A DNA stretch of 64,000 nucleotides from Candidatus Oxydemutatoraceae bacterium (GCA_965220085.1 CBDCOZ010000003.1:192001-256000), one strand, 5' to 3'; numbered from the stretch's first letter, positions 39,393 through 49,876 are shown. The notes: generated from the sequence alone by a model not told the origin. Translations and numbers: made by a program.

Positions 39393-40571
39393 ATGAATAG
39401 ATTAATAGCATTTATCGCTGTGTCGCTTGTTCTTACCGTAGCACAAAGCGCCGCAGCACAAGAAACCGGCAAGGTGGAGATGGCGTTTGTCAAGCAGCAG
39501 GCGGAGAAATTGCCCAAGCTGTCCAACTTGACGCCGCCGCCTAAGGACGATGGCGTGCTGGGCGGGGCGCAAGGGATTACCGACAGCAATGCGACGGGGC
39601 GTTTTCTCGGTCAGGAATATACGCTTGAAAGCGCAGTCCTTGAGCCGGAAGACAATGTCAAGGAACACTTTGACAGTTTGTTTGACAAGGGCATCCGCCT
39701 GTTCGCGTTTGACACCGCCGCCGCTTCCCTGTTGCAAGCCGCCGATTCCGAGCGCGGCAAGCAAGCGCTGTTCTTTAATGTCGGCAGCGAGGATGATGCG
39801 TTGCGTACCGAGCAGTGCCGCGCGAACATCATCCACATCACCCCGAGCCATGCGATGCGCGCCGATGCGCTGGCGCAATACCTGGTCGCCAAGAAGTGGT
39901 CAAAGTGGTTTCTGGTCACCGGCCGTCGCGATTCCGATAAGCAATTCGCCGCCGCCGTGCGCAATGCGGCAAAGAAATTCCGTGCTGAGATTGTTGAAGA
40001 AAAGCCGTGGGATTTCGGTCCCGACATGCGCCGCACCGCCGCATCCACGGTACCGGTATTCACGCAGGACATTGAGTATGACGTGCTCGTCGTCGCCGAT
40101 GTGGTCGGCGAATTTGGCGAGTATCTGATGTATCGCACTTGGGACCCGCGCCCGGTAGTAGGCACGCAAGGTTTGATGCCGAAGATTTGGCACTCGTCTC
40201 ACGAGCAATGGGGTGCGGCACAGATACAAAAGCGCTTCCGCAAGGCCTATAAGCAAAACATGTCGGAGAAAGATTATGCGGTCTGGGCGGCTGTGCGCAG
40301 TGTCAATACTGCGGTCACGCGCGAGAAATCGGTTGCGATCGATACGATTCGCGACTATCTGCTGGGGCCGAAGTTTGATCTCGCGGGATACAAGGGGCAG
40401 AAGCTCTCCGTGCGCGGCTATAACCACCAGATGCGCCAGCCGATCATCCTCGTCTCGGCGACTTCGCTGGTCTCGGTCTCGCCGCAAAAGCAGTTTTTAC
40501 ACGAGGTATCGCGGCTGGACACGCTGGGCTATGACCGCCGCGAGTCAAAATGCAAACTGGATAACCAATGA
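39393..40571 (+). CDS. ABC substrate-binding protein, PQQ-dependent alcohol dehydrogenase system
   Basis: Signal peptide; NATGRFLGQ, MRADALAQYL..KKW and HEQWGAAQ; operon context. Confidence 0.85.
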   Translation: MNRLIAFIAVSLVLTVAQSAAAQETGKVEMAFVKQQAEKLPKLSNLTPPPKDDGVLGGAQGITDSNATGRFLGQEYTLESAVLEPEDNVKEHFDSLFDKGIRLFAFDTAAASLLQAADSERGKQALFFNVGSEDDALRTEQCRANIIHITPSHAMRADALAQYLVAKKWSKWFLVTGRRDSDKQFAAAVRNAAKKFRAEIVEEKPWDFGPDMRRTAASTVPVFTQDIEYDVLVVADVVGEFGEYLMYRTWDPRPVVGTQGLMPKIWHSSHEQWGAAQIQKRFRKAYKQNMSEKDYAVWAAVRSVNTAVTREKSVAIDTIRDYLLGPKFDLAGYKGQKLSVRGYNHQMRQPIILVSATSLVSVSPQKQFLHEVSRLDTLGYDRRESKCKLDNQ

Positions 40572-40587
40572 TATGTATATATATGTA

Positions 40588-40782
40588 CACAAACAACACT
40601 CAGTTGTTTGTGGATTGTTTAATGAGGCACAAACAACACTCAGTTGTTTGTGGATTGTTTAATGAGGCACAAACGATATGAGAGCACAAACGATATGAGA
40701 GCACAAACAATTAAGTATTGTTTGTGTTCCATAAACTGTTTGTGGTTCCTTAAGTCGTTTGTGTTCCATAAACTGTTCGTGA
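40588..40782. repeat. Cluster of cacaaac/gtttgtg palindromes and short tandem repeats
   Basis: 40-bp unit twice, containing cacaaacaacactcagttgtttgtg; 17-bp unit twice; gtttgtgttccataaactgtt twice. Confidence 0.85.
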
Positions 40783-40802
40783 ATTATTTTTTGGAGGTAA
40801 TT

Positions 40803-41813
40803 ATGCAATACAAAAATATTTTCAAACTGGGTAGAAGCGTCGCAGTGCGGGCAACGGCTGTGCTGTCGGCACTATGCCTTCTGCTTCTCGCAAGTGTGGC
40901 AAACGCCGATTTGATCTATGTCTCTGACGAGAAAGACAATACGATCAGCGTCATAGATTCGGCTTCGCTGGAAGTAATTAAGACCATCAAAGTCGGTCAG
41001 CGTCCGCGCGGTATAGATCTGAGCAAAGACGGCAAGTATCTGTACATTTGCACCAGCGACGACGACCGCATTCAGATCCTTGATCTGGAGACGCACAAGC
41101 CGATAGGCGTGTTGCCTTCCGGCCCCGACCCCGAGTTGATGATTCTGTCTCCGGACGGTCAGTTCATATATGTTGCCAACGAGGACGACAACATGGTGTC
41201 CATCGTGGATATCGGCGCTGAGAAAGTCATCGCCGAGGTGCAGGTCGGTGTGGAGCCCGAAGGCATGGGCGTGAGTCCCGATGGCAAGGTGATCGTCAAC
41301 ACATCCGAGTCCACCAACATGGCGCACTTTATAGATGTCAAGACCCGCAAGGTGACTTCCAATGTGCTCGTCGGCGAGCGTCCGCGCATCGCCGAATTTA
41401 CCAAAGACGGCAAGCACGTCTGGGTATCGGCTGAGATCGGCGGCACCGTCAGCATCATTGATGCGGCGACACGGGAGATTGTCAAAACGATCAAGTTTGA
41501 GATTCCGGGGGTTGAGGAAGAAGCCATACAGCCGGTTGGCGTGCGCATTACCAAAGACGGCAAGCGCGCATTTGTCGCACTCGGCCCTGCCAGCCGCATT
41601 GCGGTGATAGACGCGCAGAAGCTGGAGGTCGAGAGATACCTGCTGGTCGGCTCGCGCGTGTGGCAGTTGGCGTTTGACCCGGCGGAAAAGCGGCTTTATA
41701 CGACCAACGGCACCAGCAATGATGTTTCGGTCATAGATGTGGAAAAGCTGAAAGTCATCAAGTCGGTTCCGGTCGGTCAATACCCGTGGGGTGTCATCGT
41801 CAAAGGCACGTAA
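40803..41813 (+). CDS. PQQ-catabolism-associated YVTN beta-propeller protein
   Basis: Repeats such as VGQRPRGI, SGPDPE, VGVEPEGM and LYTTNG; RBS ggagg before ATG 40803. Confidence 0.9.
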   Translation: MQYKNIFKLGRSVAVRATAVLSALCLLLLASVANADLIYVSDEKDNTISVIDSASLEVIKTIKVGQRPRGIDLSKDGKYLYICTSDDDRIQILDLETHKPIGVLPSGPDPELMILSPDGQFIYVANEDDNMVSIVDIGAEKVIAEVQVGVEPEGMGVSPDGKVIVNTSESTNMAHFIDVKTRKVTSNVLVGERPRIAEFTKDGKHVWVSAEIGGTVSIIDAATREIVKTIKFEIPGVEEEAIQPVGVRITKDGKRAFVALGPASRIAVIDAQKLEVERYLLVGSRVWQLAFDPAEKRLYTTNGTSNDVSVIDVEKLKVIKSVPVGQYPWGVIVKGT

Positions 41814-41892
41814 GTTGCGTATCCGCGGATGCGCGCGAACGGCTTGGCGGGTAAATTCTTCCGATTGACAGCGATTTGACGGCGGGCCTGAC

Positions 41893-42612
41893 GTGAAGCA
41901 AGCGGTACTGGAAGTTGACTCGCTGAGCTATTCGTACGGGGATAAGCCGGCGCTTCGCAACGTCAACTTCCGTATTGCGGCGGGCGAATTCGTCATCCTG
42001 CTGGGGCACAACGGGGCGGGGAAGACCACGCTGTTCTCCCTGCTGACCGGCCTCTACCACAGCCCGCAGGGGCGCATCGTCATATCGGGCTACGACATTA
42101 AAAAGCGCCTTGCCAGCGCCTTGCGCCACTTGGGCGTCGTGTTCCAGCAACGCTCGCTGGATGCCGATTTAAGCATCTGGCAAAATCTCAAGTACTCGGC
42201 CAGCTTGTATGGCATGTCGCCGGCGCAAGCGAAGGCGCGGGCGAATCAGGAGATTGAGCGCTTTGGCTTGAGTGACCGCATGAACGACAAAGTCAGGCAC
42301 CTGAGCGGCGGGCAAATCCGTCGCGTGGAGATCGCCCGTTCGCTGATGAGTCGTCCCGCCCTGTTGATTCTGGACGAGCCGACCTTCGGCCTGGATACCC
42401 GCAGTCGCGAAACTCTGATTACGCACGTGCGCGAGTTGTGCCGACAAGGGCTGGCGGTGTTGTGGACGACCCACTTGCTGGAGGAAGTGCAGCCGTCCGA
42501 TCGGGTGCTGATAATCAGTCAGGGGGCGTTGGAGAAAGATGCGCCGGTGACGGAAGTCGCCCCCGCCGATGACTTGGTGGCGATGCGCCAAAAGCTGGCG
42601 ACTTTCCTGTAG
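41893..42612 (+). CDS. ABC ATP-binding protein (PedB-like)
   Basis: GHNGAGKTT, LSGGQ and LDEPT. Confidence 0.92.
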   Translation: MKQAVLEVDSLSYSYGDKPALRNVNFRIAAGEFVILLGHNGAGKTTLFSLLTGLYHSPQGRIVISGYDIKKRLASALRHLGVVFQQRSLDADLSIWQNLKYSASLYGMSPAQAKARANQEIERFGLSDRMNDKVRHLSGGQIRRVEIARSLMSRPALLILDEPTFGLDTRSRETLITHVRELCRQGLAVLWTTHLLEEVQPSDRVLIISQGALEKDAPVTEVAPADDLVAMRQKLATFL

Positions 42613-42857
42613 CATAGAGATTGGCAGCGTAAAATTTCCGCGAGGCAGAATCATGGCAGCAGTTGAGAATCCGCAGAAAAGAGATACCGGCTTGAGGCTG
42701 GCGATATGCCTCTATGGCAACGATGCGTCAAAAGCTGGCGACTTTCCTGTGGCATAGAGATGGCAGCGTAAAATTTCCGCGAGGCAGAATCATGGCAGCA
42801 GTTGAGAATCCGCAGAAAAGAGATACCGGCTTGAGGCTGGCGATATATCTCTATGCG
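42581..42857 (+). repeat. 140-bp tandem duplication across the ATPase/permease junction
   Basis: cgatgcg...gcgatat begins at 42581 and at 42721. Confidence 0.9.
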
Positions 42858-43640
42858 CTGGTCGGCATCACCGGACGCGAGTTGCTCCGTTTCTTGCAGC
42901 AGCGCGAGCGCTTCATCGCCGCTCTGGTTCGTCCTCTGGTGTGGCTGTTTATCTTTGCGGCAGGGTTTCGCTCGGTGCTCGGCGTGTCCATCATCCCGCC
43001 GTACCAGACCTATGTGCTGTATGAGGAATACATCGCCCCTGGCCTGATTGGAATGATACAACTGTTTAGCGGCATGCAGACCTCGCTTGCGATGGTGTAC
43101 GACCGCGAGATGGGGAGCATGCGCATTCTGCTGACCAGCCCCGCCCCGCGCTGGTTCCTGCTGGTCAGCAAGCTGTTTGCCGGCACGATGATTTCCATCG
43201 CCCAAGTCTATGTCTTTTTGTTCATCGCCTGGTTCTGGGAAATCCGCCCGCCGCTGGAGGGCTATATCGCCCTGTTTCCGGCGCTGCTATTGAGCGGTCT
43301 GATGCTGGGCTCGCTGGGGTTGTTCCTGTCGTCGGTCATCAAGCAGTTGGAGAACTTCGCCGGCATTATGAACTTCGTCATATTCCCGATGTTCTTTGCC
43401 TCATCGGCGCTGTACCCGCTGTGGCGGATGAAGGAGAGCAGCTTGTTGCTGTACAACATCTGCTCCTTCAACCCGTTTACCCACGCGGTGGAACTCCTGC
43501 GCTTCGCGCTCTATGCCGAGTTCAACCCGACCGCGTTTGTCATCGTATCCGTCACGAGCATCGTCTTCATCGCAATGGCGGTGTACGGCTATGACCCGTC
43601 GCGCGGCCTGCTCGGGACACGCCGCAAGAAAGCCGGCTAA
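42792..43640 (+). CDS. ABC-2 permease (PedC-like)
   Basis: ALVRPLVWLFIFAAGF, MVYDREMGSMRILLTSP and NPFTHAVEL. Confidence 0.9.
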   Translation: MAAVENPQKRDTGLRLAIYLYALVGITGRELLRFLQQRERFIAALVRPLVWLFIFAAGFRSVLGVSIIPPYQTYVLYEEYIAPGLIGMIQLFSGMQTSLAMVYDREMGSMRILLTSPAPRWFLLVSKLFAGTMISIAQVYVFLFIAWFWEIRPPLEGYIALFPALLLSGLMLGSLGLFLSSVIKQLENFAGIMNFVIFPMFFASSALYPLWRMKESSLLLYNICSFNPFTHAVELLRFALYAEFNPTAFVIVSVTSIVFIAMAVYGYDPSRGLLGTRRKKAG

Positions 43641-43644
43641 CGCG

Positions 43645-43862
43645 CGCTCCCCCCTGCCGAGCGCAAGTAGCGCTCCCCTTGCGGGGGGGGGGTCGGCAAG
43701 CGAAGGGCGAAGCCGCAATGCTACCGGCACAATCCCATTCCCTCGCGGGGGAGTCGGCAAACCAAGGGCGAAGCCCGCGAGTGCTACCGGCACAATCCCA
43801 TTCCCTCGCGGGGGAGTCGGCAAGCGAAGGGCGAAGCCCGCGGGCGCACCGAGAGAGGGAGC
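43645..43862. repeat. REP-like GC-rich palindrome cluster (~64-bp unit x3)
   Basis: ccctcgcgggggagtcggcaagcgaagggcgaagccc; relatives at ~45575, ~47885, ~49660, ~50050 and 54215-55600. Confidence 0.8.
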
Positions 43863-43881
43863 AAGTTCTAGCGCCACGCAC

Positions 43882-44320
43882 ACTTATAAAGTAGGTCCTG
43901 ATTCTCTTTAAAAGCACTCTGAACTTCTAAAGAAACTTTATTTTCTCCGCCAACTTATAAAGCAAACCCTGATTCTCTTTAAAAGCACTCTGAGTTTCTA
44001 AAGAAACTTTATTTTCTCCGCCAACTTATAAAGCAAACCCTGATTCTCTTTAAAAGCACTCTGAGTTTCTAAAGAGACTTTATTTTCTCCGCCAACTTAT
44101 AAAGCAAACCCTGATTCTCTTTAAAAGCACTCTGAGTTTCTAAAGAAACTTTATTTTCTCCGCCAACTTATAAAGCAAACCCTGATTCTCTTTAAAAGCA
44201 CTCTGAGTTTCTAAAGAAACTTTATTTTCTCCGCCAACTTATAAAGCAAACCCTGATTATCTTTAAAAGCACCCTGAACTTCTAAAGAAACTTTACTTTC
44301 TCTGAGAACTATTAAAGATA
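43882..44320. repeat. 71-bp AT-rich tandem repeat x6 upstream of a fic gene
   Basis: gatt(c/a)tctttaaaagc recurs at 43900, 43971, 44042, 44113, 44184 and 44255. Confidence 0.95.
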
Positions 44321-44357
44321 AAGTCGGTTTTCTTTAAAGGGCGCTACAATCGCGCAC

Positions 44358-45554
44358 ATGAGTTCCTCGCATAGACCTGCCGCTATCCCGGCCCACGGAG
44401 CAGAAGTCTCCGCAATAGTTCGTGGCGAGCGGCGCATGGCTTTTGTGCCAAAGCCGCTGTCGGCGTTGCCGTCGCCTGATTGGGCGGCGCTAATGCCCGC
44501 ACTGGGGGAAACGAATCGCGCGGTCGGGGCGTTGCGGAGTATTCGCAACCTCCTTCCTAATTCCGATTATTTCTTGGAAGGGTGCGTGCGGCGCGAGGCA
44601 TTGTTTTCGTCACAGGTGGAAGGAACCCAGTCGTCGCTGGATGATTTGTTGCTGGATGAGGGCGGCGAGCACAAATCGGTTGCCGGCAAGAACACGCAGG
44701 ACGATGACCGCGCCGAGACTTCCAACTATGTGGCGGCGCTAAAAAGCGGCATGGAGCATTTGCGCGAAGAAATCCCCGGCAGCTTGCCATTGTCCCTGCG
44801 CCTGTTACGCAATCTGCACGCGACATTGTTGCAAAGCGGACGCGGAGCGAAAAGGAATCCCGGCGAATTCAGGCGCGACCAAAATTGGATAGGCGATTAC
44901 GCGCACGTCCCGCCGCCGCCGGACAAGGTGGAAAAATGTATGGGGGAATTAGAACGGTTTGTCGCCATGCCGGATAAGAAGCTGGATCCGCTTATCCGCG
45001 CGGGGATGGCGCATGCGCAGTTTGAAACCATCCACCCGTTTTTGGACGGCAACGGGCGGATGGGGCGGTTGCTCGTCGTGCTCATGCTTATCAACGAGGG
45101 GGCGCTGGACGACCCGTGGCTGTATATCAGCTTGCCGATTAAGAATAGTCGGCGGGAATACTACGACCATTTGCAGTCCACACGGACTACGGGCGATTGG
45201 ACGGGCTGGCTGCTGTATTTTTTGCGGGTTATTGCCGAGGCTGCCAAAGACGCGCAGGAGACCGCCCAAGACGCGGATGAGTTGTTTCGCCGAGACGACA
45301 AAAACATCATCGAGAAAATAGGCGTTCAGAGTCCTGCCGTTGCCGCCGTCCACAAGGCATTGCAGCTGTTCCCTATTTCATCCATCCCTCGGCTGGAAAA
45401 GGTGACGCAATTTTCTCAGCCGAGTATTAAGAGTGCGTTAGAGCGCCTTGCTAATATTGGAATGGTTCGTCCTTTTGACGAGCGGAGCTGGCGCAAACGG
45501 TTTGTCTATCACGAGTATATGGAAATTCTTCGCCGCGGCAGCGAACCGCTGTGA
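44358..45554 (+). CDS. Fic family protein
   Basis: REALFSSQVEGT, PGEFRRDQNWIG and HPFLDGNGRMGR. Confidence 0.93.
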   Translation: MSSSHRPAAIPAHGAEVSAIVRGERRMAFVPKPLSALPSPDWAALMPALGETNRAVGALRSIRNLLPNSDYFLEGCVRREALFSSQVEGTQSSLDDLLLDEGGEHKSVAGKNTQDDDRAETSNYVAALKSGMEHLREEIPGSLPLSLRLLRNLHATLLQSGRGAKRNPGEFRRDQNWIGDYAHVPPPPDKVEKCMGELERFVAMPDKKLDPLIRAGMAHAQFETIHPFLDGNGRMGRLLVVLMLINEGALDDPWLYISLPIKNSRREYYDHLQSTRTTGDWTGWLLYFLRVIAEAAKDAQETAQDADELFRRDDKNIIEKIGVQSPAVAAVHKALQLFPISSIPRLEKVTQFSQPSIKSALERLANIGMVRPFDERSWRKRFVYHEYMEILRRGSEPL

Positions 45555-45829
45555 GAGCGGGGTTAGCGCCGTGCGCACGCTCCCCTTTGCGGAGGAGTCG
45601 CAAGGCAAGGGCGAAGGGCGAAGCCCGTAGCGCAGGCGCACCGAAGAGGGACGGGATGGTTGCCTCATCTGCCGCATCCATTCGCGAAGCCCGCAAGTGC
45701 CGGAGAGGGTGGCTTTGACAAGCTTCTCTGCCGCTCATCCCCCGCTTGATAACCGTTCGTCCTATCCGACAATAAATCCTTCGTTTAATGTGATAGAATC
45801 AAATTTTATCTAGGCAAACCTTTATTTTA

Positions 45830-47329
45830 ATGAAACTTACCGTAGAAAACTTTGGCCCTATTCGCGAAGCCAAAAATATCGAAGTCAAACCGATGACTGT
45901 CTTCGTCGGGCCCAGCAATAGCGGCAAGTCGTATATGGCTATGTTGATTTATGCCACCATCGAGAGTTTGCCCTTTCCCTCAAAAGGCTATATAGAGGGC
46001 TGCATTGATTGGATGTTTGGCGATAATCAATTACTCTCCGACCATACCTCGGCATTATTTGATTACACCTCAAAGATAATATCGGCATGCGCAGATTCAA
46101 GCGAAGCCGATGCATGTCGGGCGATCGGCGAATATTTCAAAAGTTTCGCTGTCGCAGTTAGTGCGACATGGAGAGAGAAGGCGCTACATTGCTTCGGCGA
46201 GGAGGGAGCTAATCTTCTTGAGGGAGCCAGTGTCAAAGTGTCAGGCGGTTCGCCGCGCAATCTGGAAATTGATTTGACGAACCCCGAAGCAAGCAAGATT
46301 TCAAAGAAAATTCTAAGCGCAACGTATCGGGGTGTGAAAGAGATAATTGACAAGAAATTGCAAAAGTCGGGTTTAGGTGTCGGGGCATCGACTACACCCG
46401 AACGAGATGACATGGCCGTTATATTTAATGAGTTGGGCAAGACAGTATTGGCATTCATAGTATTTAATAAGCTTTTAAATCTTCTATACGGCAGAAAACC
46501 GCAAGACACTTTAAAAACTGCTAACGGTAACTCTCGCTCTCGTCGGAAACAGGTTCGCTCGGAAGTTTACTATCTGCCCGCTATTCGCGGCGACATTATT
46601 CAAAGCCATAGGATATTTCTCAGCGCTTTGATTAGTGCGGGAACAAAGCGGATGACACTGCCTTTGTTTAATGGGGTGCTGGCAGATTTCATGGAACAAC
46701 TCATTTCCATCAGACCTCAACCCGAATCTTCCGACAAGGTGATAGCCAGTGTTGCAAAGGAGATAGAAACAAAAACCCTGGCAGGCAAGATCGAAGTGAT
46801 TCCATCATCTGAGAACGGCCCGCCGGATTTTCAATACTCTTTTCGATCAAACGGGAGCAGCAAAGAGTTATCTTTGATGAACGCCTCTTCCTCGGTGTCG
46901 GAATTGGCTTCGGTTGTTCTTTTTATAAAAAACCGACTGTCGCCCGGAGACTATTTCATCTTAGAAGAGCCCGAGGCCCACCTGCACCCCAAGGCGCAAC
47001 GAGAGATATCGATTATGCTGGCAAAACTTGTCGATGCGGGGGTCCATGTCCTGATAACTACGCATAGTGACATCGTGTCCGAACAAGTCAGCAATTTCAT
47101 CTATGCCGCAAAAGCATCCGACAAGAAAGTACAGAACATCGCGGAGGAAAGTTGCGCGATTTATCTTTTTGATAAGTCCAATACCGGCAAAACCAAAGTC
47201 AAAAATGTGCCTTTTGATTTGGAAGATGGTTATGTAACCGAGGATCACATGAAAGTGCATTCTGATTTATACAACGAGACCGCCTCCTTAATAAGTTCGG
47301 TGAGCAGACAGGTCCATGACGGCGATTAA
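45830..47329 (+). CDS. ABC-type (AAA_15/AAA_21-like) ATPase, copy 1
   Basis: GPSNSGKS, ASSSVSE, ILEEPEAHLHP and ITTHS. Confidence 0.88.
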   Translation: MKLTVENFGPIREAKNIEVKPMTVFVGPSNSGKSYMAMLIYATIESLPFPSKGYIEGCIDWMFGDNQLLSDHTSALFDYTSKIISACADSSEADACRAIGEYFKSFAVAVSATWREKALHCFGEEGANLLEGASVKVSGGSPRNLEIDLTNPEASKISKKILSATYRGVKEIIDKKLQKSGLGVGASTTPERDDMAVIFNELGKTVLAFIVFNKLLNLLYGRKPQDTLKTANGNSRSRRKQVRSEVYYLPAIRGDIIQSHRIFLSALISAGTKRMTLPLFNGVLADFMEQLISIRPQPESSDKVIASVAKEIETKTLAGKIEVIPSSENGPPDFQYSFRSNGSSKELSLMNASSSVSELASVVLFIKNRLSPGDYFILEEPEAHLHPKAQREISIMLAKLVDAGVHVLITTHSDIVSEQVSNFIYAAKASDKKVQNIAEESCAIYLFDKSNTGKTKVKNVPFDLEDGYVTEDHMKVHSDLYNETASLISSVSRQVHDGD

Positions 47330-47858
47330 AGATGCATTGCGTAGCCGGTATTCCCAGGCGATAGAACGAGAGCCGCCGGACGAGGCCTACAAGGTAAAAA
47401 ATCAAGGTGCGCCGAAAATTTTCAGTCTGGATAAGATCCATAAAAAGATTTCCGCCAGTGTTCGGCGCAGTGACCCTCAACGTAAATTTCGCATCACCGG
47501 TATGGGGGCAAAGCGTTGCGATGATCTCGTGGTTTTGCATTTTGATAAACACAAAAAGACCGGGTTCTATGTCATTGAGCGAAAAACGAACCCGCCAATG
47601 TCAGAGGTGGATGAAGTCAGGAAACAATTGCAAGGAGGAGTGCATTTTATAGAGGACTTTATTCACAATAATCCGGAATTGCACCAAGAGCCCTTTGACT
47701 TCCTGCCTGTTCTGGTGAGTAATAAAATCTCCAGTCGCTACGTAAAGAAGCAACTAAAACAGCAGATTACATCCAATATGTGCTCACCTCAACCAATACA
47801 GCATGTTTCCAAAGGAAAATTTCTTCCCCCTGATTTAATAGGCCTGCTTAAGTCCTAA
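47316..47858 (+). CDS. ATPase partner protein, possible PD-(D/E)xK nuclease
   Basis: Overlaps the ATPase stop; KRCD...YVIERK...QL pattern. Confidence 0.65.
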   Translation: MTAIKDALRSRYSQAIEREPPDEAYKVKNQGAPKIFSLDKIHKKISASVRRSDPQRKFRITGMGAKRCDDLVVLHFDKHKKTGFYVIERKTNPPMSEVDEVRKQLQGGVHFIEDFIHNNPELHQEPFDFLPVLVSNKISSRYVKKQLKQQITSNMCSPQPIQHVSKGKFLPPDLIGLLKS

Positions 47859-48134
47859 TTAAAGTTTCCGGTCAGCACTGCACACACGCTCCCTTCATGG
47901 GAGAGTTGGCAAGCGAAGGGCGAAGCCCGTAGCGCAGGCGGAATCCCGTTGTCTGTGAACACTTTCCCCGACCCGTAGCCCATAGCCCGTAGCGCAGGTG
48001 CGCTAGAGAGGGGGTGACTTTGACAAGCTTCTCTGCCGCTCATCTCTTATTTAATACCGTTCATCCTATCCGACAACAAATCCCTTATTTGATGTGATAG
48101 AATCCAACTCAATCTAAGCAACACCTTTATTCTA

Positions 48135-49649
48135 ATGAAATTTACCGTACAAAACTTTGGCCCCATTCGCGAAGCCAAAAATATTGAAGTCAAACCGATG
48201 ACTGTCTTTGTCGGCCCCGGCAATGGCGGCAAGTCGTATATGGCCATGCTGATTTATGCCGCTATCAAGAGTTTGTTCTATGATTCGGAAGACTACATTT
48301 CTTGGTCGATGCGGGGGGACGCTCAATCATCAAACCATGTCCGAAAGATAGTGTTGGCATGCGCGGACTCAAACGAAGCCGATGCTTGTCGGGCGATCGG
48401 CGAGTATTTCAAAGTCTTCGCTGCCACGATTAGCGAAGCATGGAAAGAGAAGGCGCAACATTGCTTCGGCGAGGAGGGGCCCCATTTTCTTGAGAGCGCC
48501 AGCATCAAAGTGGCCGGCAGTCCGCCGCACAATTTGGAGATTAATCTGACCGACCCCCAAGCAAGCAAGGCTTCAAAGAAAACCCTCGGCTCGATTTATC
48601 GGGCTATAAAAAACACCATTGATGAGGAATTGCAAAACCCTCATTTGGATGTCGCAGGCTTGAATGCGCCCGAACAAGAAGATGACAATGTTTTTGCGAC
48701 AGACAAAGAGGCTTTTGCGCAAGGGCTGATTATGCTTAAGTTGGACATGGGCGTGGCATGGAGGTTGTCTGATATGTTTTTGGATGCTCTGTGCGGCGGA
48801 GCCCCGCAAGACACAGCAAAAGATTTTGGCGGTCGCCCCCGCTCTCGCCGATGGGGTGACTTGGAAGCTTACTATCTGCCTGCTATTCGCGGTGATATCA
48901 TTCACAGCTATAGGATATTTCTCAGCGCTTTGATTCGTGCGGGCACAAAGCGATCGAAACTGCCTTCGTTTAATGGGGTGCTGGAAGATTTCATGGAACA
49001 ACTCATTTCCATCAAGCCTCGCTCTGAAGCCATAGCTCCCTTCCAAGAAAAGCGTGAGGCTATAATCAGTGTTGCCGAGGAGATAGAAACAAAGACCCTG
49101 GCGGGCAAGATCAAAGTCATTCCATCGCACAGAAACGGCCCGCCGGATTTCCAATACTCTTTTCAATCAAACGGGAGCAGCAAAGAGTTGTCTTTGATGA
49201 AGGCCTCTTCCTCAGTGTCGGAATTGGCTGCGGTTGTTCTTTTTATAAAAAACCGACTGTCGCCCGGAGACTATTTCATCTTAGAAGAGCCCGAGGCCCA
49301 CCTGCACCCCAAGGCACAACGAGAGATATCGATCATGCTGGCAAAACTTGTCGATGCGGGGGTTCATGTCCTGATAACTACGCATAGCGACATCGTGTCC
49401 GAACAAGTCGGCAATTTCATCTATGCCGCAAAAGTATCCGACAAGAAAGTGCAGAACATTCCGGAGGAAAATTGCGCGATTTATCTTTTTGATAAGTCCG
49501 ATACCGGCGAGACCAAAGTCAAAAATGTGCCTTTTGATTTGGAAGATGGTTATGTAACCGAAGATCACATGAAAGTGCATTCTGATTTATACAACGAGAC
49601 CGCCTCCTTAATAAGTTCGGTGAGCAGACAGGTCCATGACGGCGATTAA
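48135..49649 (+). CDS. ABC-type ATPase, copy 2 (partner gene truncated)
   Basis: Same motifs as copy 1, near-identical C-terminal third, divergent middle. Confidence 0.88.
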   Translation: MKFTVQNFGPIREAKNIEVKPMTVFVGPGNGGKSYMAMLIYAAIKSLFYDSEDYISWSMRGDAQSSNHVRKIVLACADSNEADACRAIGEYFKVFAATISEAWKEKAQHCFGEEGPHFLESASIKVAGSPPHNLEINLTDPQASKASKKTLGSIYRAIKNTIDEELQNPHLDVAGLNAPEQEDDNVFATDKEAFAQGLIMLKLDMGVAWRLSDMFLDALCGGAPQDTAKDFGGRPRSRRWGDLEAYYLPAIRGDIIHSYRIFLSALIRAGTKRSKLPSFNGVLEDFMEQLISIKPRSEAIAPFQEKREAIISVAEEIETKTLAGKIKVIPSHRNGPPDFQYSFQSNGSSKELSLMKASSSVSELAAVVLFIKNRLSPGDYFILEEPEAHLHPKAQREISIMLAKLVDAGVHVLITTHSDIVSEQVGNFIYAAKVSDKKVQNIPEENCAIYLFDKSDTGETKVKNVPFDLEDGYVTEDHMKVHSDLYNETASLISSVSRQVHDGD

Positions 49650-49764
49650 AGACATACGCATGGGAGAGTCGGCAAGCCAAGGGGGCTGACTAGCACATAG
49701 CCTGGCGGTAGCCACGCCTAAGAAGCCACAACCAACCGAAGAGCCTACAAACAATTTAAGAAGT

Positions 49765-49876
49765 CACAAACAACTGAGTGTTGTTTGTGCTCCCATTACG
49801 TGCTCCCATTACGTGCTCCCATTACGTGCTCCCATTACGTGCTCCCATTACGTGCTCCCATTACGTGTTCCATAAC
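49765..49876. repeat. 25-bp palindrome followed by 13-bp tandem repeat x6
   Basis: cacaaacaactgagtgttgtttgtg, then (tgctcccattacg)6. Confidence 0.9.

Noticed and set aside
43882-44320. CRISPR array
   Set aside because: Units are near identical over the full 71 bp with no unique spacers, and no cas genes are in the window.
49788-49865. CRISPR array or coding repeat (ORFs 49778, 49785)
   Set aside because: Plain 13-bp tandem repeat without spacers; the ORFs are by-products of the repeat.
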